A DNA stretch of 24,087 nt, taken from the IMG/VR virus record IMGVR_UViG_3300037047_000111, positions 1 to 24,087 of that record, one strand, 5' to 3'. The first letter of the stretch is position 1. Each line of letters begins with the position of its first letter. The notes beneath the pieces were generated by a model that worked only from the letters and a program-made list of their open reading frames with translations, did not search any database and was not told the origin of the DNA. Positions 1 through 8,888 of this stretch are shown in pieces. The position numbers were made by a program, and so were the translations under genes. The stretch comes from a virus (lineage: Duplodnaviria > Caudoviricetes).

Positions 1-1503
1 TTTTCCGGAAAGCCTTTTGAACTGTTATCCTGGCAAAAAAGTATTGTCCAGGATGTGTATGGGACGGTGAAAGCGGACGGTAACCGTCAATTTAAGTATG
101 TTTATCTGGAAGTGCCCAAGAAGAACGGAAAAAGCGAAATGGCAGCCGGTGCTGCTCTTTACCATTTATTTGCAGACGGAGAGAAAAACGGCGAGGTGTA
201 CGGTTGCGCGGCTGATCGGGAGCAGGCGTCTCTTGTTTTCGATGTGGCGGTAGATATGATCGACCAGCTGCCGGCTTTGCAAAAACGATCCAAAATTGTG
301 GCCAGCAAAAAACAGATTTTCGATAAGGTGACCGGTTCATTTTATAAGGTCCTTTCCGCTGAGGCATATACCAAACATGGTTTGAATGTTTCTGCCGTTA
401 TTTTTGATGAATTACACGCCCAGCCGAATCGCGAATTGTGGGACGTGATGACTTTTGGGGCTGGTGATGCGCGCGCGCAACCGATCTGGTGGGTGATTAC
501 CACTGCCGGTGATGATCCGGATCGTGTTTCGATTGGTTGGGAGCAGCATGATTATGCCATGCAGTTATTATCCGGAGATCGGATTGATCCTACCTGGTAT
601 CCTGTGATTTTCTCCTACGATGGAGAAAAAGATATTTATGAAGAAAAAAATTGGTTTAAGGCTAATCCATCCCTTGGGGTGACAATCCAGATCGAATCAG
701 TTCGGGAAGCGGCTGCAAAAGCAATGATTAAGCCCGCAGATGAGCGATTATTCCGCTGGCTGAGACTGAATCAGTGGATCACGACCAAATTGACGACCTG
801 GTTGCCGATTGATCTTTTTGATAAGACCATTGGCCAATGGAATGAGATGGATATGGTGGGAATGGATTGTTTCCTGGGGGTCGATCTCTCTTCCACAACC
901 GATCTTACTTCTTTATCGTTTTTGTTTCCTCCCCAGGCAGGCATTGCAGATTGGCGAATTATCTGGCGGAACTATATTCCCAGGGAAAGCATGGCCGAAC
1001 GGATCGAGCGGGACAAAGTGCCTTATGACAAGTGGGAGAAGGAAGGCTGGATCACTGTGACCGAAGGGAACACGGTCGATTATACGGTGGTAGAGGACAA
1101 GATTTTGGAATTATCGAAAATTTACAAAATAAAAGAGATCGATCCGGATATGCATTTTGCAGCCATGTTGATGCAAAGACTGTCAAAACATGGATTTGAG
1201 ATTGTTGATATTCCACAAACATTTCTAAATATGACCACCCCGATTGATGCGATGGAAAAGCTCTTCCGGGATGGCAAAATCAGTCATTTAAATGACCAGG
1301 TTGCGCGTTGGGCGTTTGGGAATGCATCCATTGCGAAAAACGGTAATGGAAACATGAAATTTGTGAAAGAACACAAGGGAAAGTCCGTTGTGCGAACCAA
1401 ACGGATCGACCCGATTGTGGCATTGGCGAATGCGATGAGCCGGGCGTTGAATTATTCCAGTTCCGGATCTGTTTATAACGAACGGGGGATCAGGACATTA
1501 TGA
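1..1503 (+). CDS. terL: Terminase large subunit (Terminase_1 type), 5'-partial
   Basis: Frame open from base 1 (FSGKPFELLSWQ...). Walker A-like VPKKNGKSE, Walker B VIFDELH, coupling motif ITTAG, nuclease motif GVDLSSTTDLT and C-terminal KRIDPIVA. Lies upstream of portal. Confidence 0.97.
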   Translation, partial: FSGKPFELLSWQKSIVQDVYGTVKADGNRQFKYVYLEVPKKNGKSEMAAGAALYHLFADGEKNGEVYGCAADREQASLVFDVAVDMIDQLPALQKRSKIVASKKQIFDKVTGSFYKVLSAEAYTKHGLNVSAVIFDELHAQPNRELWDVMTFGAGDARAQPIWWVITTAGDDPDRVSIGWEQHDYAMQLLSGDRIDPTWYPVIFSYDGEKDIYEEKNWFKANPSLGVTIQIESVREAAAKAMIKPADERLFRWLRLNQWITTKLTTWLPIDLFDKTIGQWNEMDMVGMDCFLGVDLSSTTDLTSLSFLFPPQAGIADWRIIWRNYIPRESMAERIERDKVPYDKWEKEGWITVTEGNTVDYTVVEDKILELSKIYKIKEIDPDMHFAAMLMQRLSKHGFEIVDIPQTFLNMTTPIDAMEKLFRDGKISHLNDQVARWAFGNASIAKNGNGNMKFVKEHKGKSVVRTKRIDPIVALANAMSRALNYSSSGSVYNERGIRTL

Positions 1504-1658
1504 AAATTGATCGCAATGATGTCATTTTCCTGATTGGTTTTGGATGTTTGATTTCCGGCATCGGAATGTTGAGCATTCCTGCCGCTTTGATTTCGGCTGG
1601 AATCGTGCTTGTGCTGGTGAGTCTCGCCGGGCTGTTGTTTGGAGGTAGAAAAATATGA
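1500..1658 (+). CDS. Small two-TM membrane protein (52 aa), not in the ORF track
   Basis: ATG at 1500 overlaps the terL stop (ATGA) and its TGA overlaps the portal ATG (ATGA). Translation MKIDRNDVIFLIGFGCLISGIGMLSIPAALISAGIVLVLVSLAGLLFGGRKI is hydrophobic. Confidence 0.8.
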   Translation: MKIDRNDVIFLIGFGCLISGIGMLSIPAALISAGIVLVLVSLAGLLFGGRKI

Positions 1659-3706
1659 GCGAAGTCGGTATTTTACGGAGCTTATTCGAAAGAAGGTCAC
1701 TGGACGAGAATTCCGGTTGGGGATTGATCACGAAGATGCGCGGGATGAATAATTGGGAAACACCCAGCGGGTTAAGTGTATCTCCGCAGCGATCGATCCA
1801 ATTGACTGCTGTTTGGGCATCCGTTCGGATCCTTTCAGAAGGACTGGCCAGTTTACCACTGCCAATTTATAAACGTCTCTCACGCGGGAAGGAACGTGAC
1901 GTCAATCATCCTCTGTACCGGGTTCTGCATGACCAGGCGAATCCATTGATGACCAGTTTTATGTGGCGTGAAACCATGATGGGGCATTGCTGCACCTGGG
2001 GAAATTGTTTCTCAGAGATTGAAAGTGATAATGCTGGCAGAATCAAGGCACTCTGGCCATTGCGACCGGATCAGACAGAAATGCGCTGGGTGGATGGAAA
2101 ACTCTACTATGTGACCACACTTCCGGAGAGCCAGGGCGGCGGACGGGTTGGTTTACCCGCTGAACGTGTTTTACACATCCGCGGATTGAGCTCGGATGGC
2201 ATGCTCGGTTATTCTCCGATCCGTGAGGCACGAAATGCACTTGGGTTGGCAGCTGCTACCGAGGAATTTGGTTCGCGCTTTTTTGGAAATGGTGCCAAGG
2301 CTGGCGGTGTGCTCGAACATCCCGGTTCTTTGAGTGATGATGCACATACCCGCTTGAAATCCAGCTGGAACGAGATGCACCAGGGGCTGGATAATTCACA
2401 CCGGGTGGCGATTCTGGAAGAGGGCATGAAATATAACCAGATCGGGATCCCTCCGGAAGATGCACAGTTCTTACAGACCAGAAAGTTTCAGGTGAGTGAG
2501 ATTGCGAGGATCTTCTTAATTCCTCCGCATCGCCTGGCTGATCTGGAACGGGCTACCTTCTCAAATATCGAGCAGATGAGTCTTGAATTTGTGATTTATA
2601 CCCTGCGACCGTGGCTGGTTCGCTGGGAGCAGGAATTATTGCGCTGTTTATTTACAGAAACGGAAAAAAAGACACATTTTGCCGAATTCAACGTGGATGC
2701 AATGCTGCGTGGTGATACCCAAAGCCGATATCAGGCATATCATCAGGCCTGGCAGGATGGATGGCTTACGTGGAATGAAATCCGGGAGAAAGAGAACCTG
2801 AACCCGATTGATGGCGGTGATACCCATTATGTACCGCTGAATATGATTCCAGCGGATAAAGCGGAAGATTTTCGCAGCAATATCAGCATGAAGGATCTGG
2901 AAAAACGCTTTAATGTGGATGATATTCAATTTCTGAGTGCTCCTCCGATTGAAAGAGAAAACAATTCTCCTGGAGAAAAACGGGCACGCTCAGCCGGGAC
3001 CAGGCGGCGCTTGATGTTGAGTCAACGACCGGTGATCAGTGAAGTGGCTGAGCGAATCGTGAAGCGGGAAGCGCGTGACATCCTTACCACTGCCAAGAAG
3101 ATCCTGGGGAAACGCAGTCTGCAGGAATTGCAGATCTGGCTGGATGAATATTACGAAGAGCACAAAGATTTTATTCAGGGTGCTTTGCGCGGGACCATGA
3201 CCGCTTATGCGGAGCTGGTGGCTGCAGAGGCAGCTGATGAAGTGCTGCTGGGTGATCTGGATATTGAACAGGTACGCCGATTTGTGAAACGCTATCTGGA
3301 AGCATTGGCTGATCGGCATGCTTTTGATCAGAAAACCCGTGTGAATAATTTATTGGCGAAAGCGCTCTCCTCCGGAGCAGACACTTATGAGACATTGGAA
3401 AACGACCTGAGCGGTTGGGACAGGTTGGCCGGGACATTTGGCCAGGAGGAATCGGTGCGTTTGAATGGTGCTGTTTCCGTGTTTGTGTATGCTGCTGCCG
3501 GTGTAGCCGCGCTGTATTGGAATTCTTACGGGGAAAGCTGCCCGTATTGCAAATCATTGGATGGCCGCAAGGTTGGCATGCAGGAATGGTTTTTACAGGT
3601 CGGGGATGTTCTGCGACCGGAAGGTGCGGATGAGTTGAAAGTTTATCAGAATGTGAGGCATCCACCGGCGCATAGTGGCTGTGATTGTTTGATTTCAGCA
3701 GGCTAG
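1655..3706 (+). CDS. HK97-family portal protein fused to C-terminal MuF/SPP1 gp7-like head morphogenesis domain
   Basis: Portal motifs: AVWASVRILSEGLASLPL, LHIRG...G.SPI, FLQTRKFQVSEIARIF, TFSNIEQ, NEIREKENLNP. C-terminus has MuF-like W...SCPYCKSLDG...HPPAHSGCDC. GGAGG RBS upstream. Confidence 0.92.
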   Translation: MSEVGILRSLFERRSLDENSGWGLITKMRGMNNWETPSGLSVSPQRSIQLTAVWASVRILSEGLASLPLPIYKRLSRGKERDVNHPLYRVLHDQANPLMTSFMWRETMMGHCCTWGNCFSEIESDNAGRIKALWPLRPDQTEMRWVDGKLYYVTTLPESQGGGRVGLPAERVLHIRGLSSDGMLGYSPIREARNALGLAAATEEFGSRFFGNGAKAGGVLEHPGSLSDDAHTRLKSSWNEMHQGLDNSHRVAILEEGMKYNQIGIPPEDAQFLQTRKFQVSEIARIFLIPPHRLADLERATFSNIEQMSLEFVIYTLRPWLVRWEQELLRCLFTETEKKTHFAEFNVDAMLRGDTQSRYQAYHQAWQDGWLTWNEIREKENLNPIDGGDTHYVPLNMIPADKAEDFRSNISMKDLEKRFNVDDIQFLSAPPIERENNSPGEKRARSAGTRRRLMLSQRPVISEVAERIVKREARDILTTAKKILGKRSLQELQIWLDEYYEEHKDFIQGALRGTMTAYAELVAAEAADEVLLGDLDIEQVRRFVKRYLEALADRHAFDQKTRVNNLLAKALSSGADTYETLENDLSGWDRLAGTFGQEESVRLNGAVSVFVYAAAGVAALYWNSYGESCPYCKSLDGRKVGMQEWFLQVGDVLRPEGADELKVYQNVRHPPAHSGCDCLISAG

Positions 3707-3773
3707 GACGCAAAGACGCAAAGAAAAAGGCGCAACCCCCGAGTGGGTGATAAGGCGCAAAGAAAGGAAAAAG
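3707..3773 (+). repeat. Intergenic 8-mer tandem repeats G(A/G)CGCAAA interrupted by a 17-bp GC element
   Basis: gacgcaaa gacgcaaa gaaa aaggcgca [acccccgagtgggtgat] aaggcgca aagaaaggaaaaag ATG. Confidence 0.75.
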
Positions 3774-4433
3774 ATGATGGAATTGGAGAGAAGGGCGTTT
3801 ACTTTAAAAGAAATTCGGGTGATGGCTGATTCGGAGGGTGATCCGGAATCGGGACCCAAGATTTATGGATATTCAGCGGTATTCAACCAGCTCAGTCATG
3901 ATCTGGGTGGATTCCGTGAGCGTATTCGTCCCGGTGCATTTGCCAATACGATTCGGGTGGATGATGTGCGCGCACTTTTTAACCATGATGCCAATTATGT
4001 GCTGGGGCGAAATGTTTCCGGGACATTGAAACTGGCTGAGGATGAACACGGCTTGATTATTGATACCACTCCTCCAAACGCACAATGGGCGAAGGATCTG
4101 GTTGAAAGTATTAAGCGTGGAGATATCGATCAGATGAGTTTTGGTTTCCGGACCATCAGCGATGATTGGCACAAAGAAAATGATGAAGTGATCCGGGAAC
4201 TGATTGAAGTTGAATTGTATGATGTTTCGATTGTTACTTATCCAGCGTACCCACAAACAGTGGTGCACGCCAGGGATTTATTGAATGCTCACCAGGCAGA
4301 GCTATCTTCAGGCCAGGAGGAAGTTGATAGCGGGCAGGAATCGGAGACGGAGGGAGAATCGCAGGAGCGATCTCGCAAACTGGATCTGGAAAAGAAACGC
4401 CTGGATTTGTTAAAAGAACTAACTAAAAACTAA
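3774..4433 (+). CDS. HK97-family prohead protease
   Basis: GYSAVFN, FRERIRPGAF, ALFNHD, MSFGF, LYDVSIVTYPAYPQT motifs. RBS AAAGGA precedes ATG 3774; the GTG start at 3747 in the track falls inside the repeat. Confidence 0.96.
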   Translation: MMELERRAFTLKEIRVMADSEGDPESGPKIYGYSAVFNQLSHDLGGFRERIRPGAFANTIRVDDVRALFNHDANYVLGRNVSGTLKLAEDEHGLIIDTTPPNAQWAKDLVESIKRGDIDQMSFGFRTISDDWHKENDEVIRELIEVELYDVSIVTYPAYPQTVVHARDLLNAHQAELSSGQEEVDSGQESETEGESQERSRKLDLEKKRLDLLKELTKN

Positions 4434-4456
4434 CCAAATAGAAAGAGGAAAAGAAA

Positions 4457-5752
4457 ATGAAACAAATTCGTGAAATACGAGCCGAACGGGCTGAACTGGT
4501 GGAAAAAGCTCGACACCTGGTTGACATTGTCGATGAGCAAAAACGCGCAATGAATGAAGGGGAATCGAAAGATTATCAATCATTCATGGAGCAGATTGAC
4601 TCACTGGGTAAGGATATCGAGAAACGTGAAAAGCTGATAAATCTGGAAGCAGAGCTGGCAGCCAATTCCGGAAAGAATGCCGATATTGGCATGAGCGATA
4701 GTGAATTACAAAAATATTCACTGCGCAAATTGATCAATGCGATGGCCAATGGTGATTGGCGTGGTGCTGAATTGGAACGCGAAGCCAGTGATGCAACATC
4801 CAAGAAATTGGGTATTGAACCTCGTGGAGCTTTTGTTCCTCAGGACTGGCTGGAAAAACGTACCAATCCATTAACCAAAGCAGATGCCACTTATGCAGGA
4901 TATTTGATCGGTAATGATTTCCGACCAGAATCCTTCATCGAAATGCTGCGCAATCGCATGGTTTTACAGCAAGCCGGTGCTCAATTTATGGGCGGGCTGG
5001 TTGGTGATGTGCAGATTCCAAAGCAAACAGGCGGAGCAACTGCTTACTGGATCGCTGAGGGAAATCCTCCGACCCAGAGTTATCAGACTGTTGGCCAGGT
5101 GACTTTGGCACCCAAGACTGTTGGTGCTTTTACCGATTACACCCGCAAACTGCTCAAACAATCCTCCGTGGATGTTGAAATGTTTGTACGGCGTGATCTG
5201 AGCACCATCCTTGCTCTGGCAATTGATAAAGCCGGATTGCACGGGACCGCCAATAACAACCAACCACGTGGCGTTGCCGCGACCGTTGGAATCGGGTCAG
5301 TCCTTGGTGATACCAATGGCGCAGCTCCGGATTGGGCAGATATTATCGATCTCGAACGTGAGGTTGCCATTGATAATGCTGATGTTGGTGCGTTGGCTTA
5401 CATCACCAATGCAAAAGTGCGCGGAAAACTCAAGAAAACATTGATCACCGCGACCTATGGTGAAAGAATGGTTTGGGAGAACAGCAATACCCCATTGAAC
5501 GGGTATAAGGCTTTTGTTACCAATCAGGTTGCCAGCGATCTGGTTAAGAACAGCTCGGGCGCAGTTTGTTCAGCGATCTTCTTTGGGAACTGGGCAGATC
5601 TGATCATCGGGCAATGGGGCGGTCTGGATATCCTTGTGGATCCTTACACCCATTCCACCAGTGGATCTGTGCGCGTGGTTGCATTGCAGGATGTTGATGT
5701 TGCCGTTCGGCATGCTGAGAGCTTTGCAGCGATGCTGGATGCTTTAACTTAA
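4457..5752 (+). CDS. Major capsid protein, HK97 family, with N-terminal coiled-coil delta domain
   Basis: Charged helical N-terminus. Motifs IPKQTGGATAYWIAEG, LAPKTVGA..YTRKLL, G...N.P.G, IFFGNW, VDPYT, DVAVRH.ESF. Follows the protease. Confidence 0.97.
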   Translation: MKQIREIRAERAELVEKARHLVDIVDEQKRAMNEGESKDYQSFMEQIDSLGKDIEKREKLINLEAELAANSGKNADIGMSDSELQKYSLRKLINAMANGDWRGAELEREASDATSKKLGIEPRGAFVPQDWLEKRTNPLTKADATYAGYLIGNDFRPESFIEMLRNRMVLQQAGAQFMGGLVGDVQIPKQTGGATAYWIAEGNPPTQSYQTVGQVTLAPKTVGAFTDYTRKLLKQSSVDVEMFVRRDLSTILALAIDKAGLHGTANNNQPRGVAATVGIGSVLGDTNGAAPDWADIIDLEREVAIDNADVGALAYITNAKVRGKLKKTLITATYGERMVWENSNTPLNGYKAFVTNQVASDLVKNSSGAVCSAIFFGNWADLIIGQWGGLDILVDPYTHSTSGSVRVVALQDVDVAVRHAESFAAMLDALT

Positions 5753-5776
5753 TCGGAAAGTCAATTGATTGTTGAT

Positions 5777-5797
5777 GGGCGGGGATAAGCCCCGCCC
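5777..5797 (+). terminator. GC-rich hairpin after capsid gene (terminator/attenuator or mRNA-stabilising stem)
   Basis: GGGCGGGG-ATAAG-CCCCGCCC perfect 8-bp stem. There is no poly-T tail, so it is not a canonical intrinsic terminator. Confidence 0.5.
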
Positions 5798-5827
5798 GTA
5801 TGAAAAGGATGGAAAAAGAGGTGAAAG

Positions 5828-6196
5828 ATGTATGATCTTTTGAGAGATGGGGTTATCAGCATTCAGGCGTTGGATGGAGCTGCCGATAACGAAACATTGA
5901 CCGGTTCCGGTGTAGATATGCTGGATGGCAGTTTCAATACAGTACTATTCGCTGCCGGTGGTGTGAAGGGAGCAGAGCTGGAATTCAATATCAAGGTTTT
6001 TGCTGCTGCCGGTCCAACATTTGCCAATGAAATCGAGCTGGATGGTTCTGACACTGATTTTGAAGCCGATGTGTACACCGATGGTGTGGTGGCTGTGCAG
6101 GTTCATAACCCACAACAGCGTTACTTGAGACCCAAGATTGTGGTCCCGAATGTTCAGACAGGCATCTCCTGTGGAAGTTGTGGCGGGGTAATCTGA
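5828..6196 (+). CDS. Putative head-associated structural protein
   Basis: GAGGTG RBS. Beta-rich composition (LTGSGVDM...RYLRP) and position directly after the capsid gene. Confidence 0.6.
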   Translation: MYDLLRDGVISIQALDGAADNETLTGSGVDMLDGSFNTVLFAAGGVKGAELEFNIKVFAAAGPTFANEIELDGSDTDFEADVYTDGVVAVQVHNPQQRYLRPKIVVPNVQTGISCGSCGGVI

Positions 6197-6504
6197 TGAA
6201 AATCGAGATCTTGCGCTCTACTGTGTGTGATGGCGTGATGGTGGCAGCCGGGGAAGTGATTGAAGCCAGTGATCAGGATGCGCTGGTCCTGCTGACGATG
6301 GGTAAAGCCAAACCAGCTGGAAAAAGTGCACCAGAATCGGCTGCGATTGTCGCACCCGAAAAAGCCGTGAAGCAACCAGCTGAGACGGCTGTGATTGAAA
6401 CACCTGAAAAAGCCGTGAAGCAACCAGCTGAAAAGAAACCTGGTGGGAAGAAAGGTACCGGGAAGGCGGTAAAAGATGGCGCTGAGGATACTACATCCGG
6501 TTAA
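6196..6504 (+). CDS. Small phage protein with Lys/Ala/Pro/Glu-rich tail
   Basis: ATG overlaps the previous stop (TGATG). MKIEILRS...GEVIE...L.MGKA is typical of small post-capsid proteins. Internal repeat PEKAVKQPAE occurs twice. Confidence 0.7.
   Translation: MKIEILRSTVCDGVMVAAGEVIEASDQDALVLLTMGKAKPAGKSAPESAAIVAPEKAVKQPAETAVIETPEKAVKQPAEKKPGGKKGTGKAVKDGAEDTTSG
6358..6431 (+). repeat. In-frame direct repeat, 48-bp period
   Basis: gaaaaagccgtgaagcaaccagctga occurs at 6358 and at 6406. Confidence 0.85.
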
Positions 6505-7078
6505 TCCGGAAGATGAACCGATCGACCTGGCAGAGGCAAAGCTGCATTTAAGGATTGACCATGATGACGAGAATACCCTCATCAGCAATCTTATCACGCT
6601 GGCACGCCAGGAGATCGAGCGCCTGACCGGGTTATGCCTGGCAGAACAGAGCTGGATTCTAACTTACGACCGCTGGCCGGGGCGAGAGATCAAACTCCCG
6701 ATCTGGCCGGTGGTCATGGTGGATGGAATCAGCTATCTGGATGAGGAAGGCACCAGCACTCCGATTGATGAAGATGATTATTTGCTGGATACTTTCTCAC
6801 GACCTGCAAGAATCGTACTGGCGAAAAATGCGAGCTGGCCTGGTGTGGAATTGTGGCCGGTGAATGGCGTGCAGATCACATTAACTGCCGGTTACAACAT
6901 GGATGGATGCACAGGATCGGAAGAAATGCCAATGCGTTATCGCCAGGCAATGCTGTTGATGATTGGCCATTACTATGAGAATCGCGAGGCGGTATATACC
7001 GCACCTGGTGGCAATGCCAGTATATTGCCGATGGGTGTACGGTCCTTACTGGCTGACGATCTGAAGTGGGTGAGCTGA
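6476..7078 (+). CDS. Head-tail connector (HK97 gp6 / phiE125 gp8-like)
   Basis: EPIDLAEAKLHLRID..DE..LI..LI..AR at the N-terminus; QAMLLMIGHYYENREA at the C-terminus. Confidence 0.93.
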   Translation: MALRILHPVNPEDEPIDLAEAKLHLRIDHDDENTLISNLITLARQEIERLTGLCLAEQSWILTYDRWPGREIKLPIWPVVMVDGISYLDEEGTSTPIDEDDYLLDTFSRPARIVLAKNASWPGVELWPVNGVQITLTAGYNMDGCTGSEEMPMRYRQAMLLMIGHYYENREAVYTAPGGNASILPMGVRSLLADDLKWVS

Positions 7079-7095
7079 TACCCAAAGGGCATGAT

Positions 7096-7455
7096 ATGCA
7101 AAGTGGAAAATTGCGTAAACGGATTGCGGTGCTGGATAAGCAGGTGAGCAGGGCTGCCAATGGTGAGGAAAAGATCGCCTGGTTTGTTTTTCTGCGTGCC
7201 TGGGCGAGCATTGAGCCGTTGCGCGGGCGTGAATATCTGGAAGCCAGGCAGGTACAGGCGGATGTTGATACCAGGATGCGATTAAGACACCAACCGGGAA
7301 AGGATATTCTCCCCAGAATGCGGGTGAGCCATAACGGACGGTATTTCGAGATCGAATCGGTAATCAATGTGCGCGAGATTGGCGCGGAGATCAATTTGAT
7401 GTGCAGCGAGCTGCTTGATGAAGTGATTGAGGATACCAATGGCGAAAGCGTCTAA
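7096..7455 (+). CDS. Head closure / head-tail adaptor (SPP1 gp16-like)
   Basis: MQSGKLRKRI...G.E...W....WASIEPLRGREY.EA...MRV...GRYFEIESVIN motif pattern. Confidence 0.92.
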   Translation: MQSGKLRKRIAVLDKQVSRAANGEEKIAWFVFLRAWASIEPLRGREYLEARQVQADVDTRMRLRHQPGKDILPRMRVSHNGRYFEIESVINVREIGAEINLMCSELLDEVIEDTNGESV

Positions 7456-7999
7456 CAAAATAACCAGTTCGCTAAAAATGAAAGGCGATAAGGAATTGAA
7501 AGAGAAACTGGATCGCCTGGGAAAATATGCCAGAGCTGCTTTGCTCACAGCTGCCAAAGCCGGAGCTGATCCGATTCGTGGTGCTGCGCAAATAAATTCT
7601 CCTGGTGGAGAACCAATTTTGATTGGCAATGAAAAGATCGATGGTGGTACGGCTGAGGTGGATATCGGCTTTGATGAAGAAAAATGGTATCTGCGCTTCT
7701 TTGAATTTGGTTCATCAACACACGAAGTAACAGGGAAAAAAGAAAATTATGTTTCTTTCAAACATCGAAAATCAAAAAAGAATCAGGCACCAGAACAAAG
7801 AAAAGTTGTTGGATCGCTGGCATTCGAAGGAAGAAACGGGTTGATTATTACAAAAAGCGTGGAGCACCCTGGCATGGCTGCCAAACCGTTTTTGAGACCT
7901 GCAGCTGACAGCAAGCAAGACGCTGCCAGAGATGCGGCCGGAGAGGTATTCCGGAAAGAGATTGATAAATTGGTGGAGAGTCGATATGGCCAGAATTGA
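7439..7999 (+). CDS. HK97 gp10-family tail component
   Basis: G.KEL.EKL..L, WYLRFFEFGSS, HPGMAAKPFLRPA motifs. Confidence 0.9.
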   Translation: MAKASNKITSSLKMKGDKELKEKLDRLGKYARAALLTAAKAGADPIRGAAQINSPGGEPILIGNEKIDGGTAEVDIGFDEEKWYLRFFEFGSSTHEVTGKKENYVSFKHRKSKKNQAPEQRKVVGSLAFEGRNGLIITKSVEHPGMAAKPFLRPAADSKQDAARDAAGEVFRKEIDKLVESRYGQN

Positions 8000-8381
8000 T
8001 GAAGCCTTGTATGCGATTGTGACTGAGGATCCTTCCTGTTTTGAACAGATCGGAAACCGGTTCTATCCATTGATGATTCCCCAGAATGCTGCCTTACCAG
8101 CTGCCTGTTACCAGACGATCACTACCCAGCGGAAACGCTCGCATCAGGGACCATCGAAAACGCCAGCTGCCAGAATGCAGATCACCATCAAAGCAGCCAG
8201 TTACGACAAAGCGCTGGTGGTTGGCAATGTGCTGCGCCTGAGACTGGATGGATTCAAGGGGCGTGTAGGAGGCGTGAGAATCGCCAGCATGCACCTTGAA
8301 AATGAGTATGACGGATTCAACCTGGATACTAAGAGTTTTACGGTGCGCCAGGATTACAGAATTGAATATTACGAGGAGTAA
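7986..8381 (+). CDS. Tail completion/terminator protein (DUF3168 / gp17-like)
   Basis: RFYPLMIPQNAALPA..YQ.I...RMQI...A.SY..A...LDG pattern. Position immediately before the tail tube gene. Confidence 0.85.
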   Translation: MARIDEALYAIVTEDPSCFEQIGNRFYPLMIPQNAALPAACYQTITTQRKRSHQGPSKTPAARMQITIKAASYDKALVVGNVLRLRLDGFKGRVGGVRIASMHLENEYDGFNLDTKSFTVRQDYRIEYYEE

Positions 8382-8386
8382 AAAAA

Positions 8387-8881
8387 ATGAGTGAACAAAT
8401 TGCAGATGGAATTGCAGAGCCCACCTGGGCTTACGATACTGCTTTGCAGATCAAAAGATCAATAGATAGTATTTTCACGACCATTGCGCGGGTTGAGGAT
8501 CTGGACGGTCCGACACGCTCACGTGATTCGATTGAAGCGACTCATCTACGCAGCCCTAACAAGCATAAAGAGTTCATGCCCGGATTGATGGACGGCGGAG
8601 AGGTCAATTTCACGATCCAGTTTGATCCAAGGGATCCGAGCCATGATGCTACTACTGGCCTTGAAGCGGCTTATTATGATCGCGAAAATGCGACCTTCCG
8701 AGTCTTACCTCCCATCCCCGGACAAACCGGGTATCGCTGGGGGTATGAGTTCAAGGGTCACATCACCAAGATGGGGCAGAAATACCCGATGAATGATCTG
8801 GTGCGCCAGGATGTCTCGATCAAATTGAGTGGACCAGCGGATCTGGATGAGTACGAATTTACCGAGGATACCTCTGTCTGA
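8387..8881 (+). CDS. Major tail (tube) protein, lambda gpV-like
   Basis: IARV.DL.GP..SRD.IE.T.L.SP...KEF.PGL.DGGEV.F, F.G.IT, SIKLSGP. GAGGAG RBS. Confidence 0.92.
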   Translation: MSEQIADGIAEPTWAYDTALQIKRSIDSIFTTIARVEDLDGPTRSRDSIEATHLRSPNKHKEFMPGLMDGGEVNFTIQFDPRDPSHDATTGLEAAYYDRENATFRVLPPIPGQTGYRWGYEFKGHITKMGQKYPMNDLVRQDVSIKLSGPADLDEYEFTEDTSV

Positions 8882-8888
8882 GTCGATT

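Noticed and set aside
3500-3706. MuF polymorphic toxin
   Set aside because: The ORF ends right after the HPPAH..C.C motif, with no toxin domain or immunity gene.
3747-3773. Shared MIRRKE N-termini in track ORFs 3747 and 10654
   Set aside because: An artefact of GTG in the repeated GTGATAAGGCG element; real starts lie downstream of the RBS.
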